Source of the DNA: Vicinamibacteria bacterium
GTDB lineage: Bacteria > Acidobacteriota > Vicinamibacteria > Vicinamibacterales > JAENWD01
Assembly: GCA_963832135.1 (NCBI GenBank)
Contig: CAWHTD010000026.1
Span: forward strand, 188,189-252,188
Direction: 5' to 3'
DNA: 64,000 nt
The notes below the pieces were generated by a model. The model searched no databases, had not been told where the DNA came from, and was given only the letters and a program-made list of their open reading frames with translations. This document shows positions 46,585 to 56,422 of this stretch, piece after piece. The position numbers and the translations under genes are program-made. Every line of letters begins with the position of its first letter. The first letter of the stretch is position 1.

Positions 46585-47541
46585 CTACGGAAAGGTCTTG
46601 CGATCCTTGGTGGCCACATAGCCGCGGCGCGCACGCACGCGGTGCTGCGGACGGCGGACGCGCACGCGCAGCCCGTGGAACTTGTCGTCGGGCGGGTGCG
46701 TCATGGCGAACGCCAGCGTGTACTGATGGTTCAGCTCGTCTGCGATTCTGGCCGTCGCCGGACCGAGCTCCGCGGTGTCCTTCACCACCTCGGTGTAACC
46801 GCCTGTGTCGTCCGTGACATCGCGCAGTGCATACGGATTCACGCGCGTGCTGAGCGCGCGCGGATCCTGGCGGTCGATCGCGACAGCGTAGAAGAATGCG
46901 TCCACTCGCACCAGCCTCGACCGCAGCGTGCGCAGATCGATATCGCTTGCCGTATCGGCGCCGTCGGAAATCATCACGCCGGCAGCGCGCTGTCGATGTC
47001 TCGTGTCGAAAAGAGGAATCGACGCATCGAAGGCGTCATACAGGGCCGTCCCGCCCCACCCGTGCATCGCGTCGAGCGCCGGCCGCAGGACGTCGGGCGC
47101 CGATGTCCATCGCGTGGCAATCGTGGGCTGGTGGTTGAACAACACGAGCGCGAACTCGTCCTCGGGTGCCATCAGCTCGAAGAAGAACCGATCCAGCGTT
47201 CGCCGCGCATCCTTGAGGCGCTCGCCCACCATACTGTCGCTGATATCGAGCAGCACGGCCAGGCTGACGGGCACGCGCTCGCCGGTGAACTGAGTGATGG
47301 TCTGCACGATGCCGTCTTCGAAAACCTCGAAGTCCTCTCGCTGAAGATCCGGCACCAGCCGCCCCTTGGCGTCGGTCACCGTCGCCGTAATCGTGACAAT
47401 CTCGACGCCGGTACGAAACTTCGGCGGCTGGCTGGTCGCCTGCGATCGCGATCTTCGGCCCGTTGGCAGCACGAAACTGGCGACAATCGACGTCAGGACG
47501 TCGCGGCGAGTCAGCATCCGGCTCCTATCTTGTCCGGCCAT
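46585..47541 (-). CDS. VWA domain-containing protein
   Basis: FRTGVEIVTITATVTD...DFEVFEDG...LLDISDSM (MIDAS DxSxS). Confidence 0.8.
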   Translation of the reverse strand: MAGQDRSRMLTRRDVLTSIVASFVLPTGRRSRSQATSQPPKFRTGVEIVTITATVTDAKGRLVPDLQREDFEVFEDGIVQTITQFTGERVPVSLAVLLDISDSMVGERLKDARRTLDRFFFELMAPEDEFALVLFNHQPTIATRWTSAPDVLRPALDAMHGWGGTALYDAFDASIPLFDTRHRQRAAGVMISDGADTASDIDLRTLRSRLVRVDAFFYAVAIDRQDPRALSTRVNPYALRDVTDDTGGYTEVVKDTAELGPATARIADELNHQYTLAFAMTHPPDDKFHGLRVRVRRPQHRVRARRGYVATKDRKTFP

Positions 47542-48430
47542 CGACGTCCGACGGCCGATCGATTCGTTCGAGCGCGTCGCGCGCCTTGTCGAGTGCCTTG
47601 ACGGCCGTCGCGGCCGCCAGCGCGGCCGCCCGCGCCTCTGACTGTCGCCCCCGCAGCGCGACCGCCGCCGCCTCCGCTTCGGCCTTGGCGGATTTCACCG
47701 CGCGCTCGGCTTCAGTCAGGCGCGTCTGCGCCTGGTCGGCGGCCGTGCGTGCCCGCCGCTCGGCGTCGGCGGCGGCCGCCGCCGCATCCTGCGCCCGGGC
47801 GGTGTTGCCCTCTGCTTCGGCCACTCGGGCGCGCGCCTCGGTCAGCTTCGGGTGCGGCGTCGAGCGGACCAGGTGAAGCTTGGGCGGTACGGGCGACGGC
47901 CGGCGGCCGGCAGTCGAGGGCTCTCCGGCGCCGAGGCTGGCCAGCGCCGCAAATCCAGGCGGATCCAGGTCCTCTTGCAGGCGACCACGCGCGTGGCGCG
48001 CGGCGGCGCTGCCATAGGCTCCGATGGCGTCGAGAGTCGTGCGGAGCCGGTCGGTCAGCGCCGGACTCAACGGGGTCCCTTCCTCGGCGGCCCGAGCTCC
48101 GGCGCGCCCGACGAGCTGGTCGAGCGTCCGACGTCGATCCTCCGCCGCATCGGCCTGTCCGCCGCCCTTTCGACCTTCGAGGAGGGCCTTTTCGCCGGTC
48201 CTCACCCGATCGGCGGCCTTCAGGAAGGCGTCGAGGTCGCGGCGCGAGCCCCAATAGAGCTGATTCACCAGCCAGGCGGTGAAACTCGGTTTGGCGAGAC
48301 CCCGAACACGAGCGGATTCCTCGTCCCGACCCTCCTTCTTGAGGCGGGCGGCCAGGCCGTTGCGCGTGCCGACGAACTCGGCAAAGGGGGCCTGGAACAG
48401 CGTGTCGAGTTCGCGCTCGAGATCGGTCAC
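47525..48430 (-). CDS. Hypothetical protein, conserved N-terminal domain + Ala-rich coiled coil
   Basis: LFQAPFAEFVGTRNGLAARLKKEG...LAKPSFTAWLVNQLYW, followed by an A/E/R-rich helical tail. It overlaps the VWA gene by 17 nt. Confidence 0.55.
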   Translation of the reverse strand: MTDLERELDTLFQAPFAEFVGTRNGLAARLKKEGRDEESARVRGLAKPSFTAWLVNQLYWGSRRDLDAFLKAADRVRTGEKALLEGRKGGGQADAAEDRRRTLDQLVGRAGARAAEEGTPLSPALTDRLRTTLDAIGAYGSAAARHARGRLQEDLDPPGFAALASLGAGEPSTAGRRPSPVPPKLHLVRSTPHPKLTEARARVAEAEGNTARAQDAAAAAADAERRARTAADQAQTRLTEAERAVKSAKAEAEAAAVALRGRQSEARAAALAAATAVKALDKARDALERIDRPSDVDGRTR

Positions 48431-48475
48431 AGAAGACTGGCAGGAGGAACGGTCCCGATCATACCCTTACCAATC

Positions 48476-51460
48476 ATGCCTTGTGTGCCTCTCGACATCC
48501 GCGCCCGCGCCCATTCCAGGCCGTCGCTGGCGCTGGCCATCCTCTTCGTCGCGACCCTGTGCGGAGGCGGCCCGGCATTGGCCGGTCAGGCGCCCGCGAC
48601 TCCGGCCCCGGCTCCACCACCCAAGACGCCCCAGACGGGCGCACCGACGCCATCGGCACAGGAGCCGACGCTGCCCCCGCTCGACAGCGTACTTCCGGTG
48701 GACGGCGCGATCACCGTCGGACGTTTGCCGAACGGCGTGACGTACTACATCCGCCGGAACGCGCGGCCGGAGCGCCGCGTTCTCCTTCGTCTGGCTGTCA
48801 AGACGGGCTCGGTCTTCGAAGCCGACGACCAGCGGGGGCTCGCCCACATGCTGGAGCACATGGCGTTCAACGGCACGGCGCACTTCAAGCCCGGTGAGCT
48901 CGTGTCGTACTTCGAATCGGCCGGCGCGCGATTCGGCCCGCACGTGAACGCCTACACCAGCTTCGACGAAACCGTGTACATGCTGCAGGTCGCCACCGAC
49001 AAGCCGGGGCTCGTCGACAAGGGGCTTCTCGCCCTCGCCGACTTCGCCGGCGCCATGACGCTCGCTCCGGCCGAGATCGACAAAGAGCGCGGCGTCGTCA
49101 TCGAGGAGTGGCGGCTCAGGCAAGGCGCGAGCTCTCGCATCCTCGAGAAACAGGCTCCCGTTTTGTACTACAAGTCGCGGTACGCGCAGCGGATTCCCAT
49201 CGGCACACCTGAGATCCTTCGGACCTTCTCCCCGAGCCGGCTTCGCGACTTCTACGAGACCTGGTATCGCCCCGAACGCATGGCCGTCGTCGTGGTGGGC
49301 GACATCGAGCCGGCGGCGTTGGCGAAGGCCGTCGCCGCCACTTTCCGCGCGCTGGCCGACAAGCGGCCACCCGCCCCCGACCCCGATCGCTCGGTGCCTC
49401 CGCACGCCGAAACGCTCATCAACGTGGCGGCCGATCCCGAGGGTCAGGCCACGGCGGTCACGGTGCTGAGGAAGAGCCCGGTGCTGCCGCAGAATCGGGT
49501 CGCGGACTACCGGCGCGACCTGGTCGAGCGGCTGATGTTCCAATTGCTCAATATCCGATTCGGTGAGCTGGCCCGGAAGCCGGATGCGCCGTTTCTGGCG
49601 GCCGGCGCTGGCAAAGACGACATCGCGGAATCGACGGTTGCGATCTCGCTCGGCGCCCGCGTCGAGGAAGGCAAGATCGAGCCAGGACTGAGGGCCATCA
49701 TCCTCGAAGCGCGCCGGGCGCGCGAGTTCGGCTTCGGAGCGGCGGAGCTCGATCGCGCGCGACGGATGGTCATCAGCTATTACGAACAGGCCGTCGCCGA
49801 GCGCGACAAGACCGAGAGCGGGAGCTACGCCGCCGAATACATCAGGAACTTTCTGAACGGCGAGCCGATTCCGGGCATTCAGCTCGAATACACGCTCACG
49901 AAGGGATTGCTGCCGGGCATCACCGTCGAGGAAGTAAGCGGCGCCGCGCGGGCGCTGCTCCAGGAGGACAGCCGTGTCGTCCTGGCGACCTCGCCGGAAA
50001 AAGCCGCGGTGAAGCTGCCCTCGGAGGCCGAGCTCAAAACGGTGCTGGCCGAGGCCGGCAAGGCGCCGATCGAGGGCTGGCAGGAGACGGCCGTCCGCAA
50101 TGATCTGATCGCCACGCCGCCGACGCCGGGGAAGGTCACCTCGTCTCGCCGCATCGCGGAGCTCCAGACCACAGTCCTGACGCTCTCGAACGGCGCCGAG
50201 GTCTGGCTGAAACCGACCGACTTCAAGAACGATCAGGTGCTCCTGAGCGCGTACGCCCGCGGCGGCGCTTCGATGGCCCAGGAGCGCGAGTACTACGAAA
50301 CGGTGCTGTCGGCCTCGCTCGTCAGCGTGTCGGGGCTCGGCGGCTTGAGTCCGCCCGAGCTCGGTCGGCTGCTCGCCGGCAAGATCGCGTCCGTCTCGCC
50401 GTTCATCGAGCTGCAGACGCATGGTGTACGCGGATCGACGCGTCCGCAGGATATCGAGACCGCGCTCCAGCTCGCCTATCTCACGTTCACCGATCCGGGC
50501 GGCGATCAGCGCTCGCTCGACCTCATGAAGCGGCAGCTCACATCTCTCGTGGCCAACCGGGAACAGAATCCGGGCGCGGTCTTCTCCGATCGCGTGCGCG
50601 CGCTGAATACGGGCAATCACTACTCGGCGCGGCCCCTCACCACCGAGGCCGTCGCTGCGCTCAGGCTGGAGGCCATGCGCCTTGCTTTCAAGGAGCGCTT
50701 CAGCAACGCCGCCGATTTCACGTTTTTCATCGTCGGGACGTTCGATATCGCGCGGGTGACGCCGCTCGTCGAGCGCTACATCGCGTCGCTCCCGTCGACG
50801 GGGAAGCGCGTCGACCTGGCGAAACCATTGGGGTTCCACTTCCCCGAATCGGTGCAGAGGATCGAAGTCAAGAAGGGACTCGAGCCGCGGAGCGAAACCG
50901 AGATCACGTACTTTGCGGACGCCGGAGCGGACGAAAACCAGACCTCGCTCGCCGATGCGGCGGCCGACGTCCTTCAGATGCGTCTGCGCGACGAGCTGCG
51001 AGAAGCCCTGGGCAGCACCTACAGCGTATCGGCCTCCTACAGCAACATCCTCCCCGATCGAGGTTACGGCACAATCAGCGTAGACTTCGGGAGCTCGCCG
51101 GACAATGCGTCGAAGCTGACGGATGTTGTCCTCGCGCAGGCGGAGACGCTGCGCGGCAAGGGACCCACCGCCGAGGAATGCGCGAAGGTGCGCGAGCAGA
51201 ATCGCCAGGACCTCGAGACCGCGATGAAACAGAACGGCTATTGGCTCTCGTCCCTGCAGAGCACCCACCTGCTCCAGCGCGACCCGACATCGATCCTGGA
51301 GCGGACAAAGCGCGTCGATCTCATCACGCCCGACCGTGTGCACGAGGCGATTCGGCGATACTTTCCGCAGACGCGCTATACAGTGGCCATTCTGAAGCCG
51401 GAGCGATCTCCGGACACGGGCAGCGGCGCCGCACCCTCCGCCAGTGCGCCAAAGCCTTGA
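48476..51460 (+). CDS. M16-family (pitrilysin/insulinase) zinc peptidase, double-length, secreted
   Basis: GLAHMLEHMAFNGT (HxxEH), a signal peptide and four M16-like lobes. ATG 48476. Confidence 0.9.
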   Translation: MPCVPLDIRARAHSRPSLALAILFVATLCGGGPALAGQAPATPAPAPPPKTPQTGAPTPSAQEPTLPPLDSVLPVDGAITVGRLPNGVTYYIRRNARPERRVLLRLAVKTGSVFEADDQRGLAHMLEHMAFNGTAHFKPGELVSYFESAGARFGPHVNAYTSFDETVYMLQVATDKPGLVDKGLLALADFAGAMTLAPAEIDKERGVVIEEWRLRQGASSRILEKQAPVLYYKSRYAQRIPIGTPEILRTFSPSRLRDFYETWYRPERMAVVVVGDIEPAALAKAVAATFRALADKRPPAPDPDRSVPPHAETLINVAADPEGQATAVTVLRKSPVLPQNRVADYRRDLVERLMFQLLNIRFGELARKPDAPFLAAGAGKDDIAESTVAISLGARVEEGKIEPGLRAIILEARRAREFGFGAAELDRARRMVISYYEQAVAERDKTESGSYAAEYIRNFLNGEPIPGIQLEYTLTKGLLPGITVEEVSGAARALLQEDSRVVLATSPEKAAVKLPSEAELKTVLAEAGKAPIEGWQETAVRNDLIATPPTPGKVTSSRRIAELQTTVLTLSNGAEVWLKPTDFKNDQVLLSAYARGGASMAQEREYYETVLSASLVSVSGLGGLSPPELGRLLAGKIASVSPFIELQTHGVRGSTRPQDIETALQLAYLTFTDPGGDQRSLDLMKRQLTSLVANREQNPGAVFSDRVRALNTGNHYSARPLTTEAVAALRLEAMRLAFKERFSNAADFTFFIVGTFDIARVTPLVERYIASLPSTGKRVDLAKPLGFHFPESVQRIEVKKGLEPRSETEITYFADAGADENQTSLADAAADVLQMRLRDELREALGSTYSVSASYSNILPDRGYGTISVDFGSSPDNASKLTDVVLAQAETLRGKGPTAEECAKVREQNRQDLETAMKQNGYWLSSLQSTHLLQRDPTSILERTKRVDLITPDRVHEAIRRYFPQTRYTVAILKPERSPDTGSGAAPSASAPKP

Positions 51461-51486
51461 GTCCACGTCGTTTCAGGAGACCTTCG

Positions 51487-54400
51487 ATGCGCCGCGATGA
51501 ACTTGCTCCCCGGCTTGTGGTGCTCTGCCTCTTTGTTCTCGTCGCCGCCGCCTTCATCCCCGCCCGCGCGAAGGCGCAGGCATCGGCTGCGCTCGGATAC
51601 TTCCGCCAACCCGCCCTCTCCAGCGACACGCTCGTCTTCACCGCGGAGGGCGATCTGTGGCGCGTGCCGATCGTGGGTGGTGTCGCCGAGCGCCTGACGT
51701 CACACCCGGGGCAGGAGACTAACGCGGTCATTTCCGCGGATGACCGGCAGGTGGCCTTCACCGGAGCGTACGAAGGGCCGAGCGAGCTGTATCTGCTCCC
51801 GCTGACGGGCGGCGTGCCGCACCGTCTCACCTGGGGCGGCGGTCCCGCACAGGCAGTGGGCTTCACGCCAGAGGGCCGCCTCCTCTATTCCACCGAGCGA
51901 GAATCGACGCTGCCGAACGACCAGCTCTTCGCCCTGGATACGACGACGCTCGCACGGACGCCGGTGCCGCTGGCGCAGGCGAGCGACGGCGCGTACGCGC
52001 CCGACGGAACACTCTTTTTCACCCGACTTCCCTTCCAAGGCAGCCATACCCGCCGCTACCAGGGCGGTACAGCGCAGAAAATCTGGAAGTTCGCGCCTGC
52101 CGCAAGTGAAGCGCTCGTCGTGACGGCCGACTACCCCGGGACGAGCAAGACACCCATGGTGTGGCAGGACCGCGTGTACTTCCTGAGCGACCGCGACGGC
52201 ACGATGAACCTCTGGTCGATGGCCCTCGACGGCGGCGGCGCCACACAGATCACTCGGCACGGCGACTACGATGCGCAGTCGCCGTCGCTATCGGCCGGAC
52301 GGATTGCGTATCAGCACGGCGCGGACATCCGCCTGTACGACATCGCGAAAGGCACCGATCAGCGCGTGCCGATTACGCTCGTCTCCGACTTCGATCAGAT
52401 GCGCGAACGCTGGATCGAGGAGCCCCTCGAGTGGGTGACCTCTGCGCATCTCTCCCCGACCGGCGATCGTGTCGTCCTGACGGCCCGCGGCCAGATCTTC
52501 GTCTCGCCCGCACGACAAGGCCGGCTGGCGGAAGTGACGCGTGACAAGCGCGTGCGCTATCGGAACGGCCGCTTCATGCCCGATGGAAAGGCGCTCGTCG
52601 CGCTGTCGGATCAATCAGGCGAGGTGGAGTTCTGGACACTGCCGTCGAATGGCATCGGCGCTGCGACCCAGCTCACGACAGACGGGACCGTTCTTCGCTG
52701 GGACGGACTTCCCTCGCCGGACGGCAGCCGCCTGGCACACCACGACAAGAATCAGCGGCTCTGGGTGTTCGACGTGAAGACGAAAAGCCAGACGAAGGTC
52801 GCAGAGAACCTCGATGGCGACTTCAACGATCTGGCCTGGTCGCCCGACAGCCGGTTCCTGGCTTACACGGCGCCAGACGCAAACCTCCTGACGCGGATCT
52901 ATCTCTGGGAGGCGGGTACGAATCGCTCCGTTCCGGTCACCAGCGATCGATTCGACAGCTACAACCCCGTGTGGACGCCCGACGGGTTGTGGCTCTACTT
53001 CCTGTCAGATCGGCATTTCGAATCGCTCGTCCGCAGCCCCTGGGGGTCGCGCGAGCCGGAGCCGTTCTACGACAAGCAAACGAAGGCCTATCACGTGGGC
53101 GTCAAGCCTGGCCTTCGCTCTCCGTACGATCCCGACGATGAGTTGAATCCGCCGAAGGAGGACGCCAAGGACGACAAGAAAGAGGGCGAAAAGAAGGAAG
53201 ACGCCAAAGACGCGACATCGCCAAAAGACGACGACAAAACGAAGAACGAGAAGGCGAACGACAAAGGGAAGAAGACCGCTGCGCCCGCCGCCGTAAAACC
53301 CGTAGCGGTGGACCTCGCTGGGATCGAGACCCGCCTTCGCGAGGTGCCGCTGCCGCCCGGCAACTACAGCGCGCTGTCGGTCGACGACAAGCGCTTGTAT
53401 TTTCTGACGCGCGATGCCGATCCTTCGTCCAAGTTGACGCTGAAGATCCTGCCTCTCGACAACAAACAGCCAGAGGCCGAGACCTTCCAGGATGATGTGA
53501 CCGGGTACAGATGTCTGCGGACCGGAAGAAGCTGCTCCTTCGGAGGCCGAAGGATCTCTACGTGGTCGACGCCGGTCAGAAGGCTCCAGCCGAGCTGAGC
53601 AAGTTCCAGGTGCCGCTGAAGGCGTGGCGCGTGCGGTTGGATGTCCGCGACGAGTGGCGCCAGATGTTCACTGAAGCGTGGCGGCTCGAGCGCGACTATT
53701 TCTACGACCGCGGGATGCACGGCGTCGACTGGAAGGCGGTGAAAGAGAAGTACGCACCGCTCGTCGATCGTGTCACTGATCGGCACGAGCTCGCGGATGT
53801 GCTGGCCCAGATGGTGAGCGAGCTGTCCGCGCTTCACATCTTCGTCTTCGGCGGCGACGTGCGGAAAGGATCCGACGATGTGTGGCCGGCGACGCTCGGG
53901 GCGCGCCTGGACCGCGATCAAGCGGCAGGCGGATATCGCGTCGTACACATCTACAAGTCGGACCCCGATCGTCCCGACCGGTTGTCGCCGCTGTCACGGC
54001 CCGGCGCCGATGTTCGCGAGGGGGACGTCATCGTGCAGGTGAACGGTGCGTCCGCGCTCAGCGCGCCAGACATCGCGCAGCTCCTGCGTGCACAGGCGGG
54101 TCAGCAGGTGCTGCTGCAGGTGAAGCCGTCCGGCGGCGGGACGCTTCGGAATGTGATCGTGACGCCGATCGACCGCGAGCGCGACGCCCAGCTGCGCTAC
54201 GACGACTGGGAATACACACGGCGCCTCGAAGTGGAACGAGCGAGCCAGAGCCGCATCGGCTATCTACATCTTCGCGCGATGGGCAGCGGCGACATGGCGC
54301 AGTGGACGCGCGAGTTCTACCCCGTCTTCAACCGCGACGGCCTCATCATCGACGTGCGCCACAACCACGGCGGCAACATCGACAGCTGGCTACTAGCGCG

Positions 54401-54881
54401 CCTGCTCCGGAAGGCCTGGTTCTACTGGCAGCCGCGCGTCGGGCGTCCGGTCTGGAACATGCAGTACGCTTTCCGTGGCCACATCGTCGTGCTCGTCGAC
54501 GAGTTCACGGCGTCGGACGGCGAGGCGTTCGCCGAAGGCTTCCGACGTCTGGGTCTTGGCAAGCTGATTGGCACGAGAACCTGGGGCGGCGAGATCTGGC
54601 TGAGCGCCAGCAACGTACTGGTCGATCGCGGCATTGCCACGGCGGCGGAATTCGGCGTCTACGGTCCTGAAGGGGCATGGCTCATCGAGGGGCACGGCGT
54701 GGAACCCGATATTGTCGTGGACAACCCGCCCCACGCGACATTCGATGGCAAAGACGCGCAGCTCGAGGCGGCGATCGCGCATCTCCAGGAGCAGATCAAG
54801 ACGCATCCGGTGCCGGTGCCGCCCGCACCGCCGTATCCAATCAAACGGTATAGCCCGCCGGCGCGTCCGGCGCAACAGTAG
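51487..54881 (+). pseudogene. Tricorn-protease homolog (beta-propellers + PDZ + S41 peptidase) with one frame break at ~53509
   Basis: Signal peptide, then FTAEGDLWRVPIVGGVAERLTSHPGQE... to ...ETFQDDVTGY | MSADRKKLLLRRPKDLYVV...DEFTASDGEAFAEGF...TRTWGGEIW. This junction needs one added base (or two removed). Confidence 0.75.
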
Positions 54882-54909
54882 CCGCCAGACGACAGGGAGC
54901 TGGCAATCG

Positions 54910-55680
54910 ATGAAGAAATGCCCCTTCTGCGCCGAGGAAATTCAGGACGCCGCCATCAAGTGCCGCTTTTGCGGATCGATGCTGGCCGACGACCTGCCGC
55001 CTGATACGAGCGCCCCCCACGCCGTCGAGGCGCCGATGCCGATGCCGACGAGGCCCGAGGCGGCGCTCCAGCCGCCTCGGGTGAATCCCGGCGTCTCGAC
55101 GCGCACATCGGGCATCGCCATTGCCGTGATCGTCGTGTTGATTGGGGTCATCGTCGTTCTGATCGCCCGCCGCCCGCCGGCGTCCAGCGCTGTCATCGAC
55201 GGGCCGGTGACGACCCGGACGGAGGCGGCGTCGCTGGCGCCGAAGACCGTGACCTCGGGGCCGTACGAGTTCATCGCTCTTCGGTGGCAGGCGCCCCGCA
55301 GCGAGGTCCGCGGGGCGCTCGAGGCGAGAGGCTTCTCGTACCTGGGGAAGGATGAAGACGGCGACGATCAATTCCAGGGACGCGTCGATGGACGCGACGC
55401 GTTCGTGGCGCCGATGTACGCGTCGGACACGCTGGCGAAGGTGATGATCATCCTCCGAGTGCCCGACAATGACGGTGCCGTCTACGAGACCGTGCGGCGG
55501 TCGCTGACCGCCGCCTACGGCGCACCTGCCAGCCAGCGCGGCGCGGCGACACTCTGGCCCGACCGGACGGGCACGCTTGTGTGGGCCACGCTGAGAGACA
55601 ACGAGCAGGTCATCATCCACTTCGAAAGCGCCGGCTGGCCCGCCGAATCGCAGCGCCGCCGCGGCCGCGTGAAGAAGTAG
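54910..55680 (+). CDS. Zinc-ribbon membrane-anchored protein
   Basis: MKKCPFCAEEIQDAAIKCRFCG, then one TM segment (IAIAVIVVLIGVIVVLIA) and a C-terminal globular domain. Confidence 0.7.
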   Translation: MKKCPFCAEEIQDAAIKCRFCGSMLADDLPPDTSAPHAVEAPMPMPTRPEAALQPPRVNPGVSTRTSGIAIAVIVVLIGVIVVLIARRPPASSAVIDGPVTTRTEAASLAPKTVTSGPYEFIALRWQAPRSEVRGALEARGFSYLGKDEDGDDQFQGRVDGRDAFVAPMYASDTLAKVMIILRVPDNDGAVYETVRRSLTAAYGAPASQRGAATLWPDRTGTLVWATLRDNEQVIIHFESAGWPAESQRRRGRVKK

Positions 55681-55914
55681 CGGGCGGCGGATCTGACGCC
55701 ACAGTTCGACGGGTTTGCCGAGTTGACGGCGTTGCCGAACCGCACGAACCCGGCTCACCCGACCAACCCGACAAACTGCCCAAGGTCCTCCCGTGGGTTG
55801 TGAGACGCGGCTTCCGCCTACGCTGAAGCTTCGGCGAGACCGCGACGAAGCTCGGAGAGCGGTGTCGGGGCGAAGGCGGCCAGCGCCTGCGGCACGACCG
55901 TTCGAATTTAGCTT

Positions 55915-55937
55915 GTAGGGGCGCACTGCGTGTGCCC
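55915..55937. repeat. Dispersed repeat copy (GTAGGGGCGCACTGCGTGTGCCC)
   Basis: Differs by 1 nt from 8345-8367. Confidence 0.7.
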
Positions 55938-55973
55938 TGCGGGGTGGTATAGACTCCGTCCGGGAGTTACGGC

Positions 55974-56327
55974 ATGGCGGTCTGGCGGGATTCGATTCGC
56001 GCGCTGCTGGCAGAGCGGGGGATGACGCGGCAGGAGCTGGCGCGACGGGCGGGCATCGCGCGCAGCACGGTACTGCACGTCCTCAAAGGCGGTCACTGCA
56101 GCACCGAGACTCTGGAACGGATCGCCCGCGCGCTCGGGGTCGACGTCACGGAGCTGTTCACACCGCCGCTCGATCTCGGACTCCGCCGCGACCGGATGAT
56201 TGCCGCCGTCCTTCGCGAGCTGTCCGACAGCGTTTCGGCCGCCGTCCTCGCCGATTTGCAGCACCGCCGCCGGCGCCATCTCGGGGCTCCCCGCCGCAGC
56301 GATCGGCGTTTGCCGTTCGCGGAGTAG
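55974..56327 (+). CDS. XRE-family helix-turn-helix transcriptional regulator
   Basis: LLAERGMTRQELARRAGIARSTVLHVLKG...LERIARALGVDVTELF. Confidence 0.8.
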   Translation: MAVWRDSIRALLAERGMTRQELARRAGIARSTVLHVLKGGHCSTETLERIARALGVDVTELFTPPLDLGLRRDRMIAAVLRELSDSVSAAVLADLQHRRRRHLGAPRRSDRRLPFAE

Positions 56328-56347
56328 ATTCTTCCAGAAGCACGTAG

Positions 56348-56367
56348 GCCCGAGCTTCAGCTCGGGC
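56348..56367. repeat. GC hairpin GCCCGAGC-TTCA-GCTCGGGC (repeat family variant)
   Basis: Preceded by GTAG as at 42421. A similar GCTTCAGC-loop hairpin lies at 45147-45166. Confidence 0.6.
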
Positions 56368-56422
56368 AACATCCGCAACGGTATGGACCCGAACGCGTCG
56401 TTCGTCAGGCGTCAGGCGTCAT

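Noticed and set aside
48467-51466. Very long antisense ORFs. Examples are 999 aa at 48467..51466 (-), 774 aa at 59767..62091 (-), 558 aa at 2142..3818 (+), 485 aa at 35229..36686 (+), 503 aa at 27550..29061 (-) and 404 aa at 9549..10763 (-). The 5' extension of 14415..18065 is another.
   Set aside because: Each mirrors a gene with clear catalytic motifs on the other strand. Their translations are Arg/Gly/Ala/Pro/His-rich with no recognisable motifs. Stop-codon-poor antisense frames are expected at this GC content.
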